In this document: positions 55,073 through 63,352 of the stretch, piece by piece
Numbering within the stretch: position 1 is the first letter of the stretch
Layout of the letters: every line of letters starts with the position of its first letter
IMG/VR virus record: IMGVR_UViG_2706795985_000001
Location: 26,553-90,552 of that record
Direction: 5' to 3' (one strand)
From: a virus
Lineage: Duplodnaviria > Caudoviricetes
Length of the DNA: 64,000 nt
The notes under the pieces: model-generated
Seen by the model: only the letters and a program-made list of their open reading frames with translations
Database searches by the model: none
Told to the model about the DNA's origin: nothing
Translations under genes and position numbers: made by a program

Positions 55073-55634
55073 ATGTATGATAGTGGTTTTAGAAATTTTG
55101 ATATGACTAGGTTGTCTAAACATCCTTTCTACCCTATGTGGAACACTATGATTCAGAGGTGTACCAACCCAAGGTACAAAGATTTTAACAACTACGGTGC
55201 TATAGGTATTACTTGTTGCGAGGAATGGCTGCCTCCAAAAGAATCAGGATTCCTAAACTTCTTGAGAGATATGGTGGACCCATTCTTACTTTCAGGCGAA
55301 GATTACTTTGACCCTTACTTTAAGCATAGTAAAAGTTTAGACAGAAGATTTGGCCCGGCAGGGTATAATCCAGAAAACTGTCGTTGGGTTTCACATGAGG
55401 TGCAGACCCTGAATAGAAGGTTTGGTAGGCTTGGTAGGTTTGGTAGGCTTGGCAGAACCTACCCTCAAGGAGTGAAATGGACTAACAAAAAACGATAAGT
55501 TTGTTGCCTACTATGACACCCCAGAGGGAAGGACAGTTCAAATCGGTCCTCAAGGAGATCTGTTTGAGATGGTCTGTCGTCGAAAATCATGGGAGTTGCG
55601 TCGTTACAAGGAGCTTGGTGAGCTACCCCCCTGA
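55073..55634 (+). CDS. HNH/AP2-type homing endonuclease, frameshift in A run near 55490
   Basis: WNTMIQRC..YGAIGIT.C.EW..F.DM..SLDR..YNPENCRW; C-terminus DLFEMVCRRKSWE in shifted frame. Confidence 0.65.
55418..55453 (+). repeat. In-frame tandem repeat, 4 x 9 nt (AGGYTTGGT)
   Basis: Encodes RFGRLGRFGRLG. Confidence 0.85.
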
Positions 55635-56215
55635 AGATTGAGACAAGGTACTCGACAGGTTTTTACAGAAAGTGGTGTAGTTTCTCAGAGTAAGATACCC
55701 ATCGGGTTTTATATGGATTTACAGAAACGGAGGATTACCTTGGAACTGGAGAAACGGGCGAGTTTACCCAGAAATTGGTATACTGGTTTTAGGGCATACT
55801 TTCTGGGGACATGACGTACTACAACAATTCTCTATAGCACGTCAGTAACCATCCAAATAATAGAGATAATCATTCTCATACAGTGATAGTAGGAATTCTC
55901 ATCTGCAAATTAGTTTGAGAACTACTTTTATTACCAGAATAATGCCCACACTCCCCGTCTTAGACTCCAGTGTCCGGGCTTTCGCCTTTCGTTCCTGCTG
56001 GCTCGCATTTTACAGAGTTTTTCAAGCAATACAACCCCTTGACAAAAATATTTATTGGTGTTACTCGCGTGCGCTCCCGTCTCCTTATGATGTGGGCATG
56101 TGGGCACTCAAAATAATCTGAAAAATATTTGATTTAGGGGTTGACTGGTTTGCTCACTTTGATAATATGGCGACACACCGAACAGAAAGCCCCAGGCGGG
56201 CTGAGGATAAAGGCA

Positions 56216-57472
56216 ATGAAAACTCCAGCACAGGAAGCAGGCATCGAAGTGGGTTCAAAGGTCATCATGCGCACTGGTGATTGGGACGGTGTTCATGGAT
56301 TCAAACGTGGCTGCGCAGTCACATTGATAAGAGACGACAACACTGATCAACCACTTTTCCAAAATCATTCTATGTGTCAAAGCCTTTGGATTCCGTTGCG
56401 GGATGTTGAACTGTTGATTGGAGAATCTTGGGAAGTGCCTCAGTCACCCTCTCAAAAAATGGGCCTGATCGTTGGTGTCACTAAAGTTCGTCTAACAGGC
56501 ATAGACACCTCATACAGAGCGGGTAAAGTCTATGTATTGGAAGAAGACGATAACAGTGATTTCCCGTTCTTTCGTGAATTGGGTAATAAGCATTCGAGGG
56601 AATGCTTCTCTTTGAGCCGCCTTGAAATTGTGTCAGAAGTGCCACCTGAGATTGGTACAACAGTATTTCAAGCACCGCCTAACGTATTCCTCAATGGTCG
56701 CTCAGTTGGTGGAATGTCAGTGATTCAACAACAGGCATTGAGCTGTTTCACAACCATGCTTAGGCGTGCTCAGTTGGTAGCCGCTGGCAACGAGCCCGGT
56801 GATGAACTGTTCTATACAGGCTACGGGATTTGCGACAACATAGGTCGTTGCAAGCCTAATGATGCAGACACTGAGCAATTGTCAATGATCAAAGATAATT
56901 TGATCCGTCGAGTACCAAGCTATAGCGGTAACTACAATTACCCAGTTTCTTGCCCTGAGAATCCTAACAATGCGGATGCTGCCGATAATGCATGGTCCAA
57001 GCACCGTAATAAGTGGACAGGTGCATATGGAGCTAATCGCATCAAACAACTTGAAGAGTTGATCCATATCATTGAGCATGAATGGAAAGAAGAGTATGCA
57101 AAAGAGATGACCCCATCCCAGCGGATTGGCTTAATTGTTGGTGTAAGTGTTGTTAAGCGTACCAGCAGTGAAAAGCTTTACAGGTTTGTCCGTGATGATC
57201 GTTCGTCTGATCCATACTTCGAGTCTTTGACTGATGGTGGTCAGGTGTCTATCGACTTGCGAAGTATCACCCTCTTGGCAATGGAGCCTGTAGAGGGTGA
57301 TACCCGTTCGGTTGCTGACTTCTTGGCTGCCATCGAAGCTGAGCAGAAGGCCAAGACTGACATGGAGCGTCAAATTGCTGATCTTCAGCAAGCAGTGGCT
57401 AAGATCGGCTCAAACATTGCTGTGCTGGACTACAGTCTTCGGGTTAACCATCGTGTGCAGCGTCTGAGCTAA
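56216..57472 (+). CDS. Hypothetical early protein with three repeated domains
   Basis: Start ATG 56216; TPAQ/SPSQ/TPSQ..G..VG..DD..P.F repeats; C-terminal coiled coil. Confidence 0.7.
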   Translation: MKTPAQEAGIEVGSKVIMRTGDWDGVHGFKRGCAVTLIRDDNTDQPLFQNHSMCQSLWIPLRDVELLIGESWEVPQSPSQKMGLIVGVTKVRLTGIDTSYRAGKVYVLEEDDNSDFPFFRELGNKHSRECFSLSRLEIVSEVPPEIGTTVFQAPPNVFLNGRSVGGMSVIQQQALSCFTTMLRRAQLVAAGNEPGDELFYTGYGICDNIGRCKPNDADTEQLSMIKDNLIRRVPSYSGNYNYPVSCPENPNNADAADNAWSKHRNKWTGAYGANRIKQLEELIHIIEHEWKEEYAKEMTPSQRIGLIVGVSVVKRTSSEKLYRFVRDDRSSDPYFESLTDGGQVSIDLRSITLLAMEPVEGDTRSVADFLAAIEAEQKAKTDMERQIADLQQAVAKIGSNIAVLDYSLRVNHRVQRLS

Positions 57473-57487
57473 AAAAAAAAAAAAGTG

Positions 57488-57515
57488 TTGACAGTGTGGC
57501 CTGTTCGGGTAGAAT
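57488..57515 (+). promoter_or_regulatory. sigma70-type early promoter
   Basis: TTGACA-N16-TAGAAT. Confidence 0.7.
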
Positions 57516-57543
57516 GGGCCACATAAACATAGAGGGTTGCAAA

Positions 57544-57690
57544 ATGTTCTGGAAAGTATATCGCAAAGGCAGTGGTGCAATGGTTGACAAAATCTGGTTT
57601 ACTCCTCAAACTACTGCCGAAGAAGTGTACGAATGTCTTGAAGACGAGTACGATTTTTGCATCTTAATTACCCCTTATAGTGAGGATTAA
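57544..57690 (+). CDS. Hypothetical protein
   Basis: GAGG SD before ATG 57544. Confidence 0.5.
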   Translation: MFWKVYRKGSGAMVDKIWFTPQTTAEEVYECLEDEYDFCILITPYSED

Positions 57691-57694
57691 TAAA

Positions 57695-57925
57695 ATGAAT
57701 GAGATCAAAGTGATGAGAAGGCTTGCGATTGGCGTGAATGATTTTCTGGTTGCAGTTGGGTTAATTGCCGTGGTATTGTTTACTTTTGTAACAGTCACCA
57801 CCCTTGGGTTACTGGTAGGCTTGGTTTATGGTTTGGCAGCCTTCTTGCTTTGGGGTGTAGCATCAGGTTTCTGGTGTGTGCTTTCTGGTATACACAATGA
57901 ACTGAAGAAACTTAATGAAAAATAA
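57695..57925 (+). CDS. Two-TM membrane protein
   Basis: Long hydrophobic stretch; GAGG SD. Confidence 0.55.
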   Translation: MNEIKVMRRLAIGVNDFLVAVGLIAVVLFTFVTVTTLGLLVGLVYGLAAFLLWGVASGFWCVLSGIHNELKKLNEK

Positions 57926-57928
57926 AGC

Positions 57929-57957
57929 TTGACTGACTTGTCCTGTAAATCTATACT
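57929..57957 (+). promoter_or_regulatory. sigma70-type early promoter
   Basis: TTGACT-N17-TATACT. Confidence 0.75.
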
Positions 57958-57989
57958 CAACCCACACAAACGAACTGAGGGTTACAAAA

Positions 57990-58301
57990 ATGGCTACTGT
58001 AGATAACAATGTTGTTGCTACTGATGCAGTCTCGAAAGCAATCGCCCAGATGATCAAGGCAAATGGTGCCAAGTTTTTCGGAGTTACCTTTGTCAAGAAG
58101 AACGGCGAAGAGCGTACTTTGAACGGTCATATGCGCAAGGTAGAAGGCCACGGTGGGCACAACAATGCCAGCCACTACGAAAAGTATGTGACTATCGTTC
58201 TCAATGAAAAGGATGAGAATGGTAAAGAACAATGGAGGAACGTAAACCTTGAAACAATCGTATCACTCAAAATTGGAGGCCGATCTATCACTTTCAAGTA
58301 A
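57990..58301 (+). CDS. Hypothetical protein (SH3-like small beta protein)
   Basis: FFGVTFVKKNGEERTLNG..WRNVNLETI. Confidence 0.65.
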   Translation: MATVDNNVVATDAVSKAIAQMIKANGAKFFGVTFVKKNGEERTLNGHMRKVEGHGGHNNASHYEKYVTIVLNEKDENGKEQWRNVNLETIVSLKIGGRSITFK

Positions 58302-58335
58302 GAGCAGCTGGGCAAAACTAAGAATTGATTTTGCC

Positions 58336-58780
58336 CTTGAATACGGGTCATATGCCAACATGCTGACCCGTTGCTATAATAAAAATCATGAATACCGGGA
58401 TTGCTATGGTGGCAAGGGTATAACAGTTTGTAAAGATTGGTTGCCACGTGGTAAGGTGGGTTTTATACAGTTCTTATCTGATATGGAAAAGGCCAGAAGG
58501 CTGCACCCTAGAGCGAAAAGACTTGTCTAAAGACTACACACCTGATAACTGTAAGTGGGATACGCTTTCTAATCAGGCATTTAATAGGACGCTGTACACA
58601 AACAGCAAGTCTGGTATAACTGGTATTACATGGCATAGACGAAACGAATGTTGGACAATGCAAATCAATAAGAATGGAAATCGTTCTTATCTAGGAACTA
58701 CAAAAGATTTCTTTGAAGCCTGTTGCATTAGAAAGAAAGCTGAGTTAGACTTGTATCCTGACAAACTTAAGACATACTGA
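58336..58780 (+). pseudogene. HNH/AP2-type endonuclease, 5'-truncated and frameshifted near 58487
   Basis: NMLTRCY..YGGKGITVCKDW..F.SDM in one frame; RPEGCTLER..NCKW..FFEACCIRK in another. Confidence 0.65.
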
Positions 58781-58792
58781 GGAGCAAAGGTT

Positions 58793-58999
58793 ATGAAAAT
58801 TAAAATTTTTGGTGATGTTAAGCAAGGTTGTGACTACTTAACTTCTGGTGAAGTATATGATGTGCTGGAGGGTGATGAAAATGATAGCCATGTTTACGTA
58901 CTCGATAATGACGGTGATAAGATACTAGTAATTACTGAAAAGTCTGAGTATTATTGCTCCCATTTGGGTCCAAATGCAAAGGCTGTATTTGTTGATTGA
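58793..58999 (+). CDS. Hypothetical protein
   Basis: GAGGAG SD. Confidence 0.55.
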   Translation: MKIKIFGDVKQGCDYLTSGEVYDVLEGDENDSHVYVLDNDGDKILVITEKSEYYCSHLGPNAKAVFVD

Positions 59000-59137
59000 C
59001 CGCTAGTGAGTTTGTAATATACACTTGCTGACTCGTCAGATACGGCCCATAAGTAAAGGGTAGAGGCCACGCTTCAAGCCGCTGACGATGAGAGTGTATA
59101 TTGCAGGCAATCAAGCCTTATCAAAAAGGGAAACATC

Positions 59138-59278
59138 ATGCGTACTCTGAAAGCTGTAGAATTCGTCAAGCCATATGAATACGAAGCTGCCAAGAAGCAA
59201 GCACGTAAGCAAGAGATTGGCCGACGCTCCGGCCGTAGGGGAACGTCCGCTTGGGGTCTGTGGGCTGAGGCTGAATAA
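59138..59278 (+). CDS. Small basic protein (46 aa), paralogue of 54605
   Basis: AAGGG SD; MRTLKAVEFVKPYEYEAAKKQARK... Confidence 0.6.
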   Translation: MRTLKAVEFVKPYEYEAAKKQARKQEIGRRSGRRGTSAWGLWAEAE

Positions 59279-59304
59279 TCTTTCAAAGCGAGCAATCTAA
59301 ATGG

Positions 59305-59333
59305 TTGACTCGCTTGTCTCATGCCTGTACAAT
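59305..59333 (+). promoter_or_regulatory. sigma70-type early promoter
   Basis: TTGACT-N17-TACAAT. Confidence 0.75.
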
Positions 59334-59484
59334 CACCCTATCGAAACCAAACTGAGAGTATTGCCATGAAACAAGAATTTTCTAGCTGGGAATCTGCATT
59401 CAACTGTGCTGAGCTGTCGCACTGGTTTCAAATTCCTTGTAAGCTATATCGCACCGATGGTGTGTGGTTTGTGGAGTTTTAATC

Positions 59485-59868
59485 ATGGCTGGCATTCGAC
59501 GTTCACCAAATCCTGCACCAGCAAGGGCAAAGCCTAAAGCAGTGGTGCCCTTGCATAGACGCATCTTAGGTCGTGGGGCAACTGAAGTTGACACCATAGA
59601 CGACTTGAGGGTAGAGCTTGAGCGTGCCTACGAGCTTGATCAGATAGAGTACGACACCTACCTAGACTGTCATGAGGCTCTCGACGTTCGTGAAGCCAAG
59701 GCAAGGCTGGAGCTTGATAAGGCCACAGGTCGGTATGTCAAGCCTAATAAAGTGGTTGACATAAAGGTAAAGCGTGAAGTTGTCAAGCCTTGGAAGCCCT
59801 GGCAGACAAAACTTTTCATGGTGTTTTGTGTGTTAATTTTTATGAAATTTCTTGCGATGACGCCTTGA
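59485..59868 (+). CDS. Hypothetical protein with C-terminal TM segment
   Basis: GGAG SD before ATG 59485. Confidence 0.6.
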   Translation: MAGIRRSPNPAPARAKPKAVVPLHRRILGRGATEVDTIDDLRVELERAYELDQIEYDTYLDCHEALDVREAKARLELDKATGRYVKPNKVVDIKVKREVVKPWKPWQTKLFMVFCVLIFMKFLAMTP

Positions 59869-59892
59869 CACCCTCAACCAACCTGTCATAAT
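59865..59892 (+). promoter_or_regulatory. sigma70-type early promoter
   Basis: TTGACA-N16-CATAAT. Confidence 0.7.
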
Positions 59893-59941
59893 CACCCCAT
59901 CGAAAGGCAAAACGCCTCTCACCACTGAAGAGATAAAAATC

Positions 59942-60202
59942 ATGGCACAAGTTATCGTAACTAAGCATTTCGGCCCAACCAATACCAAAGGTAGCCGCAT
60001 TCAAGTTAAAAGCTGGCTCAAGACTTCTTATGTAAGTTGGGACTACTCGTTTACCTTAGAACAAAATCACGCCAAGGCAGTCGAGGAAGTGTTGCATGAA
60101 ATGAATAAAGAACGTTCATCTTTTGATTGTGCTGCTGCCTGGACTGTTGTAGGCAGTGGTAGCATGCCAGATGGCAGCGGGTATGGTTTTGTGGTTGAAT
60201 AA
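59942..60202 (+). CDS. Hypothetical early protein
   Basis: TKHFGPTNTKGSRI motif; hairpin terminator AGAGCCCTCC/GGAGGGCTTT at 60211-60240. Confidence 0.65.
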   Translation: MAQVIVTKHFGPTNTKGSRIQVKSWLKTSYVSWDYSFTLEQNHAKAVEEVLHEMNKERSSFDCAAAWTVVGSGSMPDGSGYGFVVE

Positions 60203-60260
60203 GACGCGCTAGAGCCCTCCTTATAGGAGGGCTTTCCTTTAACTTCATGAAAGCTAAAAC

Positions 60261-60596
60261 ATGAACTCAACTGTGTATGCTGCGCTCAACCGATGTTCGA
60301 CTACTGGGCTTGAGCATCAAATCAAAAGCATGGAATGTCCAGACGGCAAGCAAATCAAGCTATTTGTAGACCACAAAGGTTGGCATAGAATAGTGTTGTT
60401 TGACTGTGATGCGCCTGATAGCGGCATCTCTGGAGTTATAGTGCAGCCTGATGGTGAAGTTTACTATAAAGAGACCGCGCCACATTCTAGGGGTAATAAT
60501 TATACTAGAATGTTACAAGCTACGTTAACTGTTTGGAATGTTAAATGGCTTAAGTCTGAGCTATTGACAGAGGCAGGTGCCGCATGCTACAAATAA
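60261..60596 (+). CDS. Hypothetical protein
   Basis: 111-aa ORF in early cluster. Confidence 0.45.
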   Translation: MNSTVYAALNRCSTTGLEHQIKSMECPDGKQIKLFVDHKGWHRIVLFDCDAPDSGISGVIVQPDGEVYYKETAPHSRGNNYTRMLQATLTVWNVKWLKSELLTEAGAACYK

Positions 60597-60715
60597 TGTT
60601 TCAATTCTTAGATTGTTTGCTTGGCTTCCCTACTGGGTTTGATGTCATAGCCGACTCGCTTGAACAGTGGATGCAAGCAAGAGATTTTGTTAAAACCTTG
60701 AAAATAATATCTTGA
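60584..60715 (+). CDS. Small peptide (43 aa), paralogue of 62065
   Basis: GAGG SD; MLQIMFQFLDCLLGFPTGFDVIA... Confidence 0.55.
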   Translation: MLQIMFQFLDCLLGFPTGFDVIADSLEQWMQARDFVKTLKIIS

Positions 60716-60739
60716 CAGACAGATTCACTCTGTCATACT
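60712..60739 (+). promoter_or_regulatory. sigma70-type early promoter
   Basis: TTGACA-N16-CATACT with TGn extension. Confidence 0.65.
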
Positions 60740-60769
60740 GACTACATACCAAACATCTGGAGCACGCAA

Positions 60770-61192
60770 ATGGCCATCACAATCACCAGTCTGACCCATC
60801 CAACCATGATTGCTAAAATCCGCAAGGGTATGTATTATGCCCATAAAGGTCAAGGCCACATGATGAATGGCCATGGCACTCGGGTTTACATTGAAAACGC
60901 CAAAGGCCACAATGTGATGCGTCTTGACTGGGTTGGCGGTCGTCAGGGTTACATTGTGTACGGTCAAGAGTCTAGGGACATTACAGCAATTGTCAAGAGA
61001 GCATTGCATCGGGATGTGCAACGTGCTATGCACAACGTTACAAGCTTTGAGCGGTGCTTCGGCAAGCCTGCTGGTAGTCCCCGCCTGATTCGCATTGCCG
61101 CCCTAGCTGCCTTGTCTGCAGGTTTGACAGGTTGTCAATCGTCAGGTGTTGTTACTGCTGTATGCAGCCTTGTAGGAGGGTTGATTGTATGA
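60770..61192 (+). CDS. Hypothetical early protein
   Basis: GGAG SD; hydrophobic Cys-containing tail. Confidence 0.6.
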   Translation: MAITITSLTHPTMIAKIRKGMYYAHKGQGHMMNGHGTRVYIENAKGHNVMRLDWVGGRQGYIVYGQESRDITAIVKRALHRDVQRAMHNVTSFERCFGKPAGSPRLIRIAALAALSAGLTGCQSSGVVTAVCSLVGGLIV

Positions 61193-61268
61193 CGACTGGA
61201 CACTGTGTTTTAATGGCTCTTCAGGGTGTACTTGTTTTGGCAATTGTTCACTGATGATTGAGGGCTTA

Positions 61269-61436
61269 ATGTTGATACAAATCACTCTCATTCGTGAAAA
61301 GAAACGTGTCGAGGTGTCAAGGCAAAATAAAGTGTTTACCTCTGGACACGTTTACGATATGACGCACTTCAGACAGATTGAAAAGCGGTTCAAAGCTTGG
61401 GATAGCCTAGGCTGGCCTTATATAGTAAAGGAGTAA
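61269..61436 (+). CDS. Hypothetical protein
   Basis: GAGG SD before ATG 61269. Confidence 0.5.
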   Translation: MLIQITLIREKKRVEVSRQNKVFTSGHVYDMTHFRQIEKRFKAWDSLGWPYIVKE

Positions 61437-61439
61437 TAC

Positions 61440-61607
61440 ATGGAAAATAATCGGTATGAGAGCGTTTGGGATGCTCTAATAGAAAACAAAGAAGAGGCAG
61501 AAGAGATGCTCGAGGTTCTTGAAAAGAGTTCTGCCCAGTACCATGATGGCAATCATGTGTCAACGGAAGAATTGAAAGCCAATCTCAAAGCAAGATTTGG
61601 AGTGTAA
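61440..61607 (+). CDS. Small acidic protein (55 aa) resembling antitoxin segments
   Basis: AAGGAG SD; MENNRYESVWDALIENKEEAEEM...; not in ORF track. Confidence 0.55.
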   Translation: MENNRYESVWDALIENKEEAEEMLEVLEKSSAQYHDGNHVSTEELKANLKARFGV

Positions 61608-61622
61608 ACAAAAATTTAACAT

Positions 61623-61644
61623 AAAACCCGCCTAGTGCGGGTTT
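61623..61644 (+). terminator. Terminator hairpin (CTAGT loop), repeated at 62869-62891
   Basis: CCCGC-CTAGT-GCGGG at both sites. Confidence 0.75.
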
Positions 61645-61736
61645 ACTAATTTAGGTACGTTTGCCACCATGTCAGAAGCTACCGAAGCGGTCAGAAGGCA
61701 ACGTGAAAAACTTCACGAAGATTTTTCAAATCATGG

Positions 61737-61764
61737 TTGACACCGTTTGTCGTTCCTGTAGAAT
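61737..61764 (+). promoter_or_regulatory. sigma70-type early promoter
   Basis: TTGACA-N16-TAGAAT. Confidence 0.7.
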
Positions 61765-61813
61765 GACAGCCATAGGGAAGCAGACAGCAACCCAAACCAC
61801 ACAAAGGTGACTC

Positions 61814-62068
61814 ATGATCTTTGCAACTATCCTCACCATTTGCACCACTGTAAACGCTCCTTGCAGTGAGTACATCATCGATACGGCTACAAACGCCCCA
61901 GAGGCCGCTATCAACAAAGCGATCCAAGCCTCTGACATGCACATCGCATGGGCCAATGACGCCACCTTGCAAGCTCACCTCGCCAAGTTCAACATTGTCG
62001 AGCCTTTGGCCTTGATCCAGACTTACGAAGTCAGTAACGAAATTATCCCAGAGGATGAGTTGCCTTGA
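61814..62068 (+). CDS. Hypothetical protein
   Basis: AAGG SD; strongly biased codons. Confidence 0.6.
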   Translation: MIFATILTICTTVNAPCSEYIIDTATNAPEAAINKAIQASDMHIAWANDATLQAHLAKFNIVEPLALIQTYEVSNEIIPEDELP

Positions 62069-62145
62069 TCAACATTATGCTTCAAGTGGGCGACTCCTTG
62101 CTGGGGCTTCCCACTGGCTTTGATGTGATAGCTTCAATCCTGTAA
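62065..62145 (+). CDS. Small peptide (26 aa), paralogue of 60584
   Basis: TTGA overlap; MINIMLQVGDSLLGLPTGFDVIASIL. Confidence 0.5.
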   Translation: MINIMLQVGDSLLGLPTGFDVIASIL

Positions 62146-62267
62146 AATTGGTCACACAAAGCGGCTTGAAGGGTAACGCTTAAATGACCTTCATCGTGGT
62201 GCGACCGAACCCCTCTGGTATCAGAGACGCACAAACCTTAGCCTATCCATACAGGAGCCTACGCAAA

Positions 62268-62456
62268 ATGACTACTTCAATCGTAACTGCTAAAAATATC
62301 AAACCTAACGATACCATCCTTCTTGAGGACGGGGAATCTTACAAGGTTGCCCAAGTGATTCTCTGCCGTAACGATTCTGTTATAATCTCGCTCGATGGGC
62401 ATTCCCCGTGTGTATACTTCAAGGATGAAACAATCGCAGTGATTGCTTGTAAATAA
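62268..62456 (+). CDS. Hypothetical protein
   Basis: AGGAG SD before ATG 62268. Confidence 0.55.
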   Translation: MTTSIVTAKNIKPNDTILLEDGESYKVAQVILCRNDSVIISLDGHSPCVYFKDETIAVIACK

Positions 62457-62547
62457 CCCTTGCACGGGGAGTTGTCTCTTGTGTAGAATGCTTGTAACGA
62501 GACGACAACCCCACCATGGCTTCCCAATTTTTAGGCAGGATTGATCC

Positions 62548-62829
62548 ATGATTCAGGTCCGCATGAAACCCCAGTCGAATATCGAATCCTCAGGCTGGTT
62601 TTCGCGCCTCAAGCAGCTCGACAAGGGCTACACCTCGACCTCTCGGGCAGAGGCTTTCGGTACCATCGTCCACTTGGTGAAGGTAGGGAATGCTTGCCTC
62701 AAGCTCAAGCAAGGTAGTAGCCGATCCCTGCGATCGGAAGTCAACGAAGACAGTTCAGAAGTGAAAGCGATGCTTCAAGATCTCACGTCAGTAGGTGCCC
62801 TTTTCCCTATTACCGAGTCGAAGTCATGA
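62548..62829 (+). CDS. Hypothetical early protein
   Basis: AGG SD; promoter TTGCAC-N18-TAGAAT at 62460-62489; terminator downstream. Confidence 0.6.
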   Translation: MIQVRMKPQSNIESSGWFSRLKQLDKGYTSTSRAEAFGTIVHLVKVGNACLKLKQGSSRSLRSEVNEDSSEVKAMLQDLTSVGALFPITESKS

Positions 62830-63013
62830 CTGCCGGCATTCTCCGGTTCGCCTCCACGTCGCAAGAATAGCCCGCCTAGTGCGGGCTTTTTCATGTCTTC
62901 AATTACTACCCTATCCAACTATTAACCAAATTAATAGTACAGCTCGCACTATTAATACAATCGATTTGACATACTCGCCTTTGCACGATACAATACTCTA
63001 AGGGCTTTTCCCT

Positions 63014-63352
63014 CATAACGTAGTTATGGGAGTTACCCCTATACATACAAAGATAATAACAAAAAGCACAAAGAGAGTAAAGCCCATAACGGAGTTATGA
63101 GAGTTACCCTATGACCTACGGTCTACCTCATGCCGTAGGCATAGCTTTGCACCAATAGCAAGAACGGCAGTTCTGTTGTGTTTATGATTAATAATAAATA
63201 TAATAAAACCTCTCTAAAACGTTCTATAAACCTATCCTACGGATAGAGTGTTACCCTACCTTGTCCTGACGGACAAAGCGTCTCTAATCGGCCTGTAGGC
63301 CACGTGGTGCATAGCCTGGAGAGTGGTTGTCAAGCTCATAACGTCCGTTATG
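63014..63352. repeat. Three CATAAC-N3/4-GTTATG palindromes, two within a ~29-bp direct repeat
   Basis: Copies at 63014-28, 63085-99 and 63337-52; the first two are followed by (G/A)GAGTTACCC. Confidence 0.8.

Noticed and set aside
55418-55453. 9-nt tandem repeat or the 63.0-kb repeats as a CRISPR-like array
   Set aside because: No unique spacers of regular length, too few copies, and no cas genes.
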